In this document: one piece after another, positions 28,511 through 37,321 of the stretch
Numbering within the stretch: the first letter of the stretch is position 1
Layout: each line of letters begins with the position of its first letter
Assembly: GCA_032161105.1 (NCBI GenBank)
Contig: JAVHTD010000016.1
Length of the DNA stretch: 64,000 nucleotides
From: Candidatus Thermosaccharophagus tengchongensis
GTDB taxonomy: Bacteria; Armatimonadota; Fervidibacteria; Fervidibacterales; Thermosaccharophagaceae
Strand: one strand, 5' to 3'
Notes under the pieces: generated by a model
What the model saw: the letters and a program-made list of their open reading frames with translations, nothing else
Database searches by the model: none
Told to the model about the DNA's origin: nothing
Made by a program: the position numbers and the translations under genes

Positions 28511-29686
28511 TCAGTCACCAAATAGCTTCTCAAACTTGAGCTCCCAAACCAGCGATTTCAACTTCTCAAGGTTGGCGATGATGGCGTCTTCCAATTCCAA
28601 CGGGGCTGACTGCCCCTTTAGCGCGAGTTCATCCATGAGCATGTAGAGCTTGTCAATCTCGCCCACAAGGCTACTCACTGCCTCGTAGAGCTTCTGATTG
28701 CGCTTTGCATAAGGTAGCGTCTCATGAATAACGGCTTTGAGCTTCTTCCACTCTTCCAATCGGAGGTGGCGGCATGAAAAGTCAGTTTCTCGCAAAAGTT
28801 TTGCGACCCTATCAGCGTTAGCCTTCATGAACTCTTCGGCTTCGGCGTTTGTCATATCGTAGAAATCAAAAACGGCGAAGTGAAATCGGTTAATACCCGC
28901 CTTGCATTCCAATTCTGTGACGATGGGATAGGTCTCCACGCTCACCTTAGCGCTTGCAACTTCCTCTGGCAGGAAAACAGCTCCACAACCACCAACAGTA
29001 TGTCCTTTCGCCCTGTCAAACTTTTTGTCCAAATAAACCAGCCACCACTCATTCTGCGGCGAAATCTCCCCCCTTTTCTCCTGCGTTATAGCCCTGATCG
29101 GTGTGACCGCACATCGCTCACCCTGTGTCGTGTAAGCTGCTGGATAGGCAACTAAGCGAACCAAAAGCGACTTTAATTCCGCCCTCGCAAATACGCTAAC
29201 TTCAGCGAGAAGTGCTCTATCTCTCGGAAATATCAGGAAGGTCAACCGAACATGGATATCGCTTCTATCCCAGACAATTTGAACCGAACCTCGCTCACCG
29301 TCTTCCAGCTTTCTGATAGCCGATGGTTTTGTCAAACCGATGTCTTTCCCATTTGCGATGATGTAAAGGAAGCCATTGCCATACCAATTTTCCCACCTTG
29401 GTTCCGGCATTCCAATGTAGCCTTCCGGAGTTGCCACATCTGGGGCATGCGATTTGTCAGCACAGTAGCCATACTTTATCGCATACCGAATGGAGCCAGA
29501 GTCGAGCGAAAATGTCATCGTTTTTCGCTCATGATCGCTATGACCCGGGTAGCCCCTCCAAACTTCTGACTTCCATTCGCTAACTTCAACGATAACATCA
29601 AATTCATCGCCCTGTTTGGGGAGGCTAACACATGGCGCAAAAAACACCAACGCAATTGCCAACGGATTCACAAAAATAGCCCTCAT
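28511..29686 (-). CDS. Secreted hypothetical protein with a C-terminal coiled-coil-like tail
   Basis: Start refined to ATG 29686 (MRAIFVNPLAIALVFFAPCVS, a signal peptide), which follows GGCGAGGT plus 5 nt. This removes the apparent overlap with the upstream gene. No family was recognised. Confidence 0.65.
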   Translation of the reverse strand: MRAIFVNPLAIALVFFAPCVSLPKQGDEFDVIVEVSEWKSEVWRGYPGHSDHERKTMTFSLDSGSIRYAIKYGYCADKSHAPDVATPEGYIGMPEPRWENWYGNGFLYIIANGKDIGLTKPSAIRKLEDGERGSVQIVWDRSDIHVRLTFLIFPRDRALLAEVSVFARAELKSLLVRLVAYPAAYTTQGERCAVTPIRAITQEKRGEISPQNEWWLVYLDKKFDRAKGHTVGGCGAVFLPEEVASAKVSVETYPIVTELECKAGINRFHFAVFDFYDMTNAEAEEFMKANADRVAKLLRETDFSCRHLRLEEWKKLKAVIHETLPYAKRNQKLYEAVSSLVGEIDKLYMLMDELALKGQSAPLELEDAIIANLEKLKSLVWELKFEKLFGD

Positions 29687-29709
29687 CTTTGACCTCGCCC
29701 CCATAGGGT

Positions 29710-32700
29710 TCAGTGTGCATAATCTTGACTTGGCAACACACGAAGCCGCCAAATCGCTTTAACTCCAGTAGCCACATCTCGCACAGCTACAGTCCAAGTG
29801 CCAATTTGGTCATTGTAGGCGAATGGCAGATTGATGAAAGCGGGCTTGATTGAAGTCCCATCCGTCCGCAATGTGCGAGCATAATGCCATACATCCTCAC
29901 CTTTGGGATCTTGAAAGCGCAGGCGGTATATGTGACCCTCTGGAGGCGCTCCCCCAAACACCTGCAACGAAATTCCCAATTTCGCCGAGGAACCTGCGAA
30001 GATCTTTGAGTCACCCGAAATCTTCAACCCAATGACCCTGTATGGCAGCAACGAGAGCAATTTCGCCGAATTTGGGCTAATTATCAGCGAAACCGAGCCG
30101 GAAAAGCCGAGATAATTGCCACTTCGCTGGTCATAGATATGAGCCGGTTTAGAAAGCACAAATCTGGCTGGAACATCCTTTGAAATTGGCGATGGTCTTG
30201 GTGCGAGTATGCCAACGGTGACAATGCTGCCCCGCTTAAACCGTGAAACGCGACAGTCAAGCATTGCCTTCCCATCTGGCGTCAAGATTTGGCAGAATGG
30301 TTTCACACCAGCCGATAAAGCAATCCCAAAAATTAAATCCCTGAGCCACTCCCGCTTGGCAACCTCAATGTTTCGGTAATGTGCTACGGCAAAGTTGAGC
30401 AAAATAGCCGTCCCTCCCCCGACACGATTGACGATAATTGCCGGGACATCTTCTGCCATCCCCAAAGCTTTGCCCATGGTAACCTTTACAGCTGCGTCAG
30501 TGAGCACTTCAAACCCTTCCAACTCCGCTATGTTAAGGCTCATTTTAGCCATGGGGAAAGATTGCCTTTTCACCCTCAAAAGTGCCCTCCTCGGGGCACA
30601 TAGCTGACCTGCCCTCTCAACTCCAAAGAGCTTATCAAGGGCACCGCTGTTTCGTAAAACGCATCGTCCATCCATAATCGCTGGAACGACATCCGCAATT
30701 ACCACCCCACCATTTTCGACAAACTGATGGATTGCTTTAACTTCTTCATCCGAAATAGCCTGCTCATAGGCGAGGAAAAGCAGTTTCGGTGCTCCTTTAG
30801 CCATCAAGATGCCGCTCTTGACCTGATTTGAGGTTATGTAATACGGCTGAAAACCGGCGTCAGAAATGAGAGTAATAGCGGAAAAATGCTCCTGATTGCG
30901 TGTCACTCCAAATGGGGAGTGCAACGCGGCTGCATGAACGCTTGCCTGAGAGTGGTAAATGGCAATTGGGTCGTTATCGTGTTCACTCGCCATCTGAAGC
31001 TGCCCAATGCCGTCAACAATTTCCCTCAAATCTGGTAGGAACGCATTAGCCCAGTAGCCGAAAGTTAAATCGTTGTTGAAGATGGTCTCACATGTGTAGC
31101 AGCAGTAAATTTGAAAGAGGTTGCTCCCGTCAAGGAAGGTATCCCACAGGAATCTTTGAAGCCCGCCCAAATCACGCCTTGCACTGACATAACCACCAAA
31201 CCAACTCCCCCGGATGAGTGAGCGTGGTGCAAGGGAGCGAAGGAGCGTTTGATAAACTGGGTCACGATAAGGTCCCCAAAATTCCAACCCATGAATTGTC
31301 TTCTCCAAATCGCCCGGCTCCGAGCCTTCCGAGCCAACTTTGGCATAAGGGTCAACGCTTTTGTAGACTTTGTTGAGCCAGTGATGCCAGCGGGCATACA
31401 ATTCCTCACGATAGGTTTCGGTATCATGATACTGTGCGAAACGGCGCTTTTCCCTTGCCTCACTTAGCCTAATGGGCATCGCCTCATCAAAAGATGAGAA
31501 ATTTGTCCCCCAAGCCCTATTGAGCTCCTCAATCGTCCCATACTCCCTTTTGAGGTAGGAGATAAACCCCTGCCTGTCAGCGTCTTCAAAGCCGGCTTCC
31601 TCAGGGATTGAGTTTTCATCCCCGAGCGAATAGACGAGTGGCGCATAAATGGCAAAGAACTGTGCCGTCTTCTTGAACTCATTGAGCCTGCGCTCGTAAG
31701 TTGCATTATCCCCAAGGGAGCGCCACTGCGTAATGTGAGTTGTGTAAGGCACCGATAGCATATCATCCATTGAGACTGCCGAAATAAGCCGTCTCTCAAA
31801 ATTCTCGCTCTCCTCCCACGGTCTAAAGTAGTGTGGCAAAAGGACGGTGTTGAATCCAGCTTTGCGAATTTGCTCATGCAGCCAATGCCCCAAAATGCCC
31901 GGTAGCGTGCCCCAAAGGAGCGTCGGGAAAATCTCAAGTTGCCGCCTCGGAATGAAGAACACTCTCTCCACTTGGTCAACTGGTTCTTTTCCAGCCATCA
32001 ATATCGCTCTGCATCTGCCAGCAATACTAACGGCGTTGGTGAGCGGCACACCGAAGCGAATTTGCAAATCACTGCGGCGCAACTTTATGGAATGCTTTGC
32101 ATAAATGCGTTGGTAGTTATCAAGCAGGCGAATGGCGACGGACCAATCCTTTCCCGAAGGCGGTGAGGAGAGCTTGACAGTGCCAGTGGCATGTTCTGTG
32201 CGCTCATAGCTCGGTTTGTCCATCTCCAACGCAGCAATGCTCACTTCGGGCTTGACATCAAGCCAAAAGGAAGCCCACCCAAGAGCGCCATTTGCACCGA
32301 TGACACGAACATCAAAGTAATGTCCACCGCCACACAGCCTTTTGACTGTGATTGGGACTTCGTTGCTACCCCGTTGCAAATTGATCTTTGTGACCGTCTG
32401 CTGTTCTTCCTCTCCCCATGCATTTCTGATGGTCACAATGACCCTCGCTTCCGCCTGCAACTCGGACTTGATGACAAGCTTCAGGCTCATCGGCAATGAT
32501 AGGCGCTTCACCGGCGTCCGGCAAATTTCGGGCATTTCAATTGAGGTTGGCGGCTCTCGCTTTGCCGCCCAGACAATGGCATTGATAATGAGCATTTGGT
32601 GATACTCATACTGAGCCTGACTTTGAAAGGTGAATGATTCCCTTGGCGTGAGACAGAATCCACCATAGGTTGCATCCGACTGTATGCCGAAATCAATCTG

Positions 32701-33378
32701 AACCACTCTGCCATCCTTCAAACGATATGCGCCCACAAGCTTCTCGCCGATTTGATCCAGTGAGGTCAACTTCGCTTTCGTGACAAAGACATCTTTGTAA
32801 AACGAAAGCCCGCCAAATGGTATGCCCGAACAAATGAACCTTCTCCCATCATCGTCTGGATGGCGAAAGAATTCCGGTCTTGGGTTGCGCCTGTAAACCA
32901 GCACAAGCCCACTGCCTTCAGTCACCTGCTCGGCAATTCGGTATTGAACCTCAATTGGGAGCAGCGCATAGTCAAAGTTTGCCAACACAATGACATCATA
33001 CCTTTGCTTGAGCTTTCTGAGCAGGGCTATTGCCTTCTCTTTTGGCGATGTGCCCTGAACTTGAGCGTGGTAAATGTCGGTGGCACCCAAGCTGCGTTCG
33101 CTGATTGTGGATTCGCCGAAGACTTCCAAATCAAGCCTTTGTGCTAACTCTGCCACCTCTCTCGCTGCCGTATAAGGCGCAATGAAGAAAGCCCTGATCT
33201 TCCCCCGTGAATATGGTTTTGCCCAAGGGATGTGAGGTGTAGTGTAGCCAGTCCACATTTCATTCATGTAATCTCCGGGAAGCCTTTGCGCAAAGGCAGC
33301 CTCAAAGTGGGCTAATACCGACAGCAATACGATCAATTCAACCAGCCCACCATGCGCCATCAGGGTAGCCAACCGCAT
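29710..33378 (-). CDS. Very large secreted glycoside-hydrolase-like protein with a GH42 (beta-galactosidase)-like core
   Basis: 1222 aa. N-terminal hydrophobic leader. GAGGGTGA lies 6 nt upstream of the ATG. The GH42-like segment is YLKREYGTIEELNRAWGTNFSSFDEAMP. GATase-1-like modules lie at the N-terminus and after the barrel (LLFLAYEQAISDEEVKAIHQFVENGGVVIAD). Confidence 0.7.
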   Translation of the reverse strand: MRLATLMAHGGLVELIVLLSVLAHFEAAFAQRLPGDYMNEMWTGYTTPHIPWAKPYSRGKIRAFFIAPYTAAREVAELAQRLDLEVFGESTISERSLGATDIYHAQVQGTSPKEKAIALLRKLKQRYDVIVLANFDYALLPIEVQYRIAEQVTEGSGLVLVYRRNPRPEFFRHPDDDGRRFICSGIPFGGLSFYKDVFVTKAKLTSLDQIGEKLVGAYRLKDGRVVQIDFGIQSDATYGGFCLTPRESFTFQSQAQYEYHQMLIINAIVWAAKREPPTSIEMPEICRTPVKRLSLPMSLKLVIKSELQAEARVIVTIRNAWGEEEQQTVTKINLQRGSNEVPITVKRLCGGGHYFDVRVIGANGALGWASFWLDVKPEVSIAALEMDKPSYERTEHATGTVKLSSPPSGKDWSVAIRLLDNYQRIYAKHSIKLRRSDLQIRFGVPLTNAVSIAGRCRAILMAGKEPVDQVERVFFIPRRQLEIFPTLLWGTLPGILGHWLHEQIRKAGFNTVLLPHYFRPWEESENFERRLISAVSMDDMLSVPYTTHITQWRSLGDNATYERRLNEFKKTAQFFAIYAPLVYSLGDENSIPEEAGFEDADRQGFISYLKREYGTIEELNRAWGTNFSSFDEAMPIRLSEAREKRRFAQYHDTETYREELYARWHHWLNKVYKSVDPYAKVGSEGSEPGDLEKTIHGLEFWGPYRDPVYQTLLRSLAPRSLIRGSWFGGYVSARRDLGGLQRFLWDTFLDGSNLFQIYCCYTCETIFNNDLTFGYWANAFLPDLREIVDGIGQLQMASEHDNDPIAIYHSQASVHAAALHSPFGVTRNQEHFSAITLISDAGFQPYYITSNQVKSGILMAKGAPKLLFLAYEQAISDEEVKAIHQFVENGGVVIADVVPAIMDGRCVLRNSGALDKLFGVERAGQLCAPRRALLRVKRQSFPMAKMSLNIAELEGFEVLTDAAVKVTMGKALGMAEDVPAIIVNRVGGGTAILLNFAVAHYRNIEVAKREWLRDLIFGIALSAGVKPFCQILTPDGKAMLDCRVSRFKRGSIVTVGILAPRPSPISKDVPARFVLSKPAHIYDQRSGNYLGFSGSVSLIISPNSAKLLSLLPYRVIGLKISGDSKIFAGSSAKLGISLQVFGGAPPEGHIYRLRFQDPKGEDVWHYARTLRTDGTSIKPAFINLPFAYNDQIGTWTVAVRDVATGVKAIWRLRVLPSQDYAH

Positions 33379-33667
33379 ATCCGCTCACCCTCTATGCGCT
33401 CTACAGTAAGGCAACTTACAAAACGCTATGCGGATGAATTTTGCCCTTGCACTGCATTGCAAAGACACCGCGCACCTTCCAGCTGTGAATGTTAGCATTG
33501 CCAACCAACTTGAGCAAACGAAGATGCGTTCCGCTTGACGGTGTTCATGTGTCATTGCGGCTATAGCTTTACAGACCATATCCGACTGCCTATACTCATG
33601 AGCTGACCATTGGCTTCCAGTGATTGTGAATGGCAGACAAGCAGCCCAGCATGTGGAGGTGAGAGAT

Positions 33668-34492
33668 ATGGCAATGAGCATCGGCATCAACCTTGAGTTT
33701 GTCAGGCATGCTGATAAGCCATTTGAATACGGCATCCGCAAGGCAGCCGAGCTCGGTTACGAGTATGTTGAACCATGCGTTGCCACCGGTAGGGACTTGC
33801 TCGCCGAAGCCGGATACTATCACATGCTCTCCATGGAGGAAGACCCACTTTACTACAAGGCAATGCTTGATGAACTCGGACTTAAGTGCTCAGGGCTGTC
33901 AGCGCACTCACCGCTCATGAAACCAGAAGTTGCAGTGCCATACCTGACGCAGGCGATAAGATGGGCTGCTGACATCGGAGCGCCGGTCGTTAACACTGAT
34001 GAAGGACCTAAACCGGCGTGGATTGAAGATGACGAGGAGGCATTCGCAATAATGCGCTATACGCTCAAGCGTGTTCTCCCGGTCGCTGAAAGACACGGCA
34101 TCTATATTGCCCTTGAGCCGCATCAAATCTACACGACAAGGCTTGACACATTCCTCAGACTTCTTGAGCTTGTCCCATCGCCAATGCTTAAGGTCAACTT
34201 TGATACCGGAAACTGCTACCTTGCCGGCAATGACCCTGTTGAGTTTCTCAAAGCGGTTGCCGATAAGGTCGTTCATGTGCACGCAAAGGACATAAGCATT
34301 GAGCAAAGCGTTGATGAACGCGGAAAAGTCACGGGCACCCCGGTTGGATGTGCTTGCGGCGATGGCGTGATTGATTGGCAGGCGGTGATCAAGGTGCTTA
34401 AGGATGCCGGATATGAAGGCGTCCTATCGGTTGAATGTGGCACTGAGGAGCAAGCCGCAAAGAGCATCGCATATCTTAAGTCGCTCATTTGA
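33668..34492 (+). CDS. Sugar phosphate isomerase/epimerase (xylose-isomerase-like TIM barrel) family protein
   Basis: Shows LGYEYVE, IYIALEPH and KVNFDTGN...HVHAKD, the metal-ligand pattern of this fold. Start refined to ATG 33668, which follows GGAGGTGA plus 5 nt. Confidence 0.85.
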   Translation: MAMSIGINLEFVRHADKPFEYGIRKAAELGYEYVEPCVATGRDLLAEAGYYHMLSMEEDPLYYKAMLDELGLKCSGLSAHSPLMKPEVAVPYLTQAIRWAADIGAPVVNTDEGPKPAWIEDDEEAFAIMRYTLKRVLPVAERHGIYIALEPHQIYTTRLDTFLRLLELVPSPMLKVNFDTGNCYLAGNDPVEFLKAVADKVVHVHAKDISIEQSVDERGKVTGTPVGCACGDGVIDWQAVIKVLKDAGYEGVLSVECGTEEQAAKSIAYLKSLI

Positions 34493-34676
34493 GGGAGGGT
34501 TGAGTGAATTCAACCGCAAGTGAGATAGCTTTCCACCTTGCAATCAATTCCGATGGCGAAGTGATGCAACAGTTGAAGCAAACCGTAGCTTGCCCAATTT
34601 CTTCCGCGGTTAAAAGCGCTTATACCAGCATAGGGAATGCAACGAGCAGCGGCATTAGCTGCAAGGGGTGAATTTG

Positions 34677-35564
34677 ATGCGCAATGCGGTGTGCGCTCTC
34701 TTGGTCAGCTGCATTGCAGTTGCTATTTTGACTGCTCATGGTGAGCATGGGAAGTTCAAGCTCATCCACAGGGATGGAGAGATGATCACCGTGTTGTTTG
34801 ATGGGAAGCAATTGCTGGAGTATTGCTACAGCCATTCAAATCCAAAGCCATATGTTCACCCAATATGGAACGCAAATGGAGCTGTCATAACCCTTGACTC
34901 ACCTCCAGATCACAAACATCACAGGGGCTTGTTCATTGGTTGGTCAAATGTCAATGGCATCGACTTCTGGGGTGAGTCAAGTGGGAAAATGATCCATCAG
35001 AAGTTTGAGCAATTGGGCATCGCAAATGAGGCTGTAATTACCGCCGTAATTCAATGGGTCGCAGCAGCGACGGATAAAGTCCTGTTGGTTGAGCGAAGAA
35101 CACTTAGAGTGCTCCCGCCAAGTGAGGATACGACGATGTTCGTTTGGGAGAGCGAGCTTAGGGCTAATGAAGAGTTGGTTTTGTCTGGCGCTCAATACAA
35201 CGGCTTGGGCATACGCTTTGTGAGAAGCATGGATGGCGGGAGCATCCTCAACTCAAACGGCACAACGGAGATAAAGAGCGCAAACGGTGAGAGGGCGCAC
35301 TGGTGCGCCTATTTCGGCGATGCCAATGGCTCATTGTGCACCGTTGCGATATTCAACCATCCAACCAACCCAAGACACCCAACACCGTTTTTCGTTATGA
35401 ACCAGCCTTTCGGCTTCCTGAGCGCCGCGCCGACATTCCACGAACCAATCAAGCTCAAACCGAATGACGCCGTGAGGCTATGCTACCTGATCATCACATG
35501 CCTTGGGAAAGTGGATGGCGAAAGGCTGAATGAGATTTATCGGCAATGGATTGCGCTGCGATAA
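34677..35564 (+). CDS. PmoA-like / DUF6807 family protein with a signal peptide
   Basis: KPYVHPIWNANGAVITLDSPPDHKHHRGLFIGWSNVNGIDFWGE. The N-terminus MRNAVCALLVSCIAVAILTAHG is signal-like. ATG 34677 follows AAGGGGTGA plus 5 nt. Confidence 0.8.
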   Translation: MRNAVCALLVSCIAVAILTAHGEHGKFKLIHRDGEMITVLFDGKQLLEYCYSHSNPKPYVHPIWNANGAVITLDSPPDHKHHRGLFIGWSNVNGIDFWGESSGKMIHQKFEQLGIANEAVITAVIQWVAAATDKVLLVERRTLRVLPPSEDTTMFVWESELRANEELVLSGAQYNGLGIRFVRSMDGGSILNSNGTTEIKSANGERAHWCAYFGDANGSLCTVAIFNHPTNPRHPTPFFVMNQPFGFLSAAPTFHEPIKLKPNDAVRLCYLIITCLGKVDGERLNEIYRQWIALR

Positions 35565-35753
35565 ATGGCAGTGTGCAAATTGTAAATGATGGACAGGCAA
35601 CATTTCTTGGTAGGGTGAGGCTCCTGCCGAGCCCAAACTCACATTTATAGGCTCACCGGGAGGTTCGCCCTCCCTGTGGCATCACTTACAATGTGCATAC
35701 CACCAGATAAATTGCGGAGCGATTGGCTAAACCCGTCCTCGGTGGTGAACGAA

Positions 35754-37028
35754 ATGAGTCAGAAGGGAAACGAGCGAGCGGTTGACAGGCGCAAGTTTGT
35801 GCGCATGATTGCTGCATCAACCTTTGGCGCAACCATGTGGCGCAGGAGCAGAGCTTATACCCTTGCTAACGCCACGCAAGTTGTGGGCGCGAATGAGCGA
35901 ATCGGAATTGGGTTGATCGGATGCGGCGGCAGAGGAACACACCTTGCACGCGTCGTTAGAGGGCTCGCAGAGAAGGGCGAGAATGTTCAAATAGTTGCCG
36001 TGTGCGACATCTACAGACCGAGGCTTGAGCGTGCCTCAAAGGAATTCAATGCGAAGGCATACATGGACCCAAGGGAGCTTGTCACTGATAAAGATGTTGA
36101 TGCAGTCATTGTCGCCACACCTGACAGACTGCATGTCTTCAACTCGCTTGAAGCCGTCAAAGCTGGCAAGGATGTGTATTGCGAAAAGCCATTGACGCAC
36201 TGGCAGCAATTTGAACTCCTGAAACAGCTCGTGAGGGAGGTCAAGGCGAGAGAGAGGGTCTTCCAAGTTGGCACGCAGGGGCTTTCCGATAGCATTTGGC
36301 ATCAGGCTGCCGAGCTTATCAAGCAAGGCGCAATCGGAAAGCCGCTGCATGCACAGTGTGGCTACTTCAGGCACGGCGATTGGGGAGAGAGGGGGATGCC
36401 GATTGACGACCCGAATGCAAAGCCCGGTCCGGACTTGAACTGGGATGCATTCCTTGCAGATGCCCCAAGGAGACCGTTTGATGTCTCGCGCTTTTTCAGG
36501 TGGCGAATGTATATGGACTATGCCGGTGGACCTTGCACCGACCTTTATCCGCACTGCTTGACGCCGGTGATAAAGGCGCTCGGGGTTACATTCCCGAAAT
36601 CCGTAGCAGCCATCGGCGGCAAATACCGATATGACGGCGAGAGGGAAGTCCCCGACACATTTGACATGCTCATTCAGTATCCAGAGGGCATAACAGTTAT
36701 CGTCCTCGGGACGATAGCGAATGAGTGGGGTATACCGACGCTAATCCGCGGTGAAGATGCGACGATGCTCTTTGAGGGTCCGGGCATCGTCATTCAACCG
36801 CAGAGCGGGGTGAAGAAAGAGAGGCTCGAAATAAAGCGTGAGAGGGATGGCTCAGATGCGGAGCACATGCGCAATTTCATTGAATGCATTCGCACAAGAC
36901 AAAAGCCATACAGCGACATTGACCTCGGATATCATGTCCAAACGGCTCTCATAATGGGGATGCTCTCATTCATCCACAGCAAGGTGGCACACTTTGACGC
37001 TCAGACGGAAACGATAAAACTCGCATAG
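35754..37028 (+). CDS. Tat-exported Gfo/Idh/MocA family oxidoreductase
   Basis: Twin-arginine signal VDRRKFVRMIAASTFGA. Rossmann motif IGIGLIGCGGRG. Family EKP motif DVYCEKPLTH. The ORF-track GTG 35676 was trimmed to ATG 35754. Confidence 0.88.
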   Translation: MSQKGNERAVDRRKFVRMIAASTFGATMWRRSRAYTLANATQVVGANERIGIGLIGCGGRGTHLARVVRGLAEKGENVQIVAVCDIYRPRLERASKEFNAKAYMDPRELVTDKDVDAVIVATPDRLHVFNSLEAVKAGKDVYCEKPLTHWQQFELLKQLVREVKARERVFQVGTQGLSDSIWHQAAELIKQGAIGKPLHAQCGYFRHGDWGERGMPIDDPNAKPGPDLNWDAFLADAPRRPFDVSRFFRWRMYMDYAGGPCTDLYPHCLTPVIKALGVTFPKSVAAIGGKYRYDGEREVPDTFDMLIQYPEGITVIVLGTIANEWGIPTLIRGEDATMLFEGPGIVIQPQSGVKKERLEIKRERDGSDAEHMRNFIECIRTRQKPYSDIDLGYHVQTALIMGMLSFIHSKVAHFDAQTETIKLA

Positions 37029-37058
37029 ATCAATTCATTGCCAACGGTGGTGAATGCG

Positions 37059-37250
37059 ATGCCCGTGATAAGGGTGGACGGTCCAAAGATTGACACCGAA
37101 AAGAAGAGGGAGCTTGCAAGGAGGCTCACGGAGGTTGCAGCCGAAATTTACAACATGGATAAGGAGCACATCATCGTCCTCATCCGTGAGAATGCCCCAG
37201 AGAATGTGAGCGTCGGCGGCATGCTGATAGCCGATAGGCGCAGGGAATGA
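37059..37250 (+). CDS. 4-oxalocrotonate tautomerase family small enzyme
   Basis: 63 aa starting MPVIRVDG, so Pro-1 is exposed once Met is removed. The beta-alpha-beta length and ...IIVLIRENAPENVSVGG fit the family. Confidence 0.75.
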   Translation: MPVIRVDGPKIDTEKKRELARRLTEVAAEIYNMDKEHIIVLIRENAPENVSVGGMLIADRRRE

Positions 37251-37321
37251 TGCAACCCGACTTAGCTTTTGAATGCCGATCGGTGCTTGCTCTTTCTCGG
37301 AGATCGCGGTGGTGAGAATGA

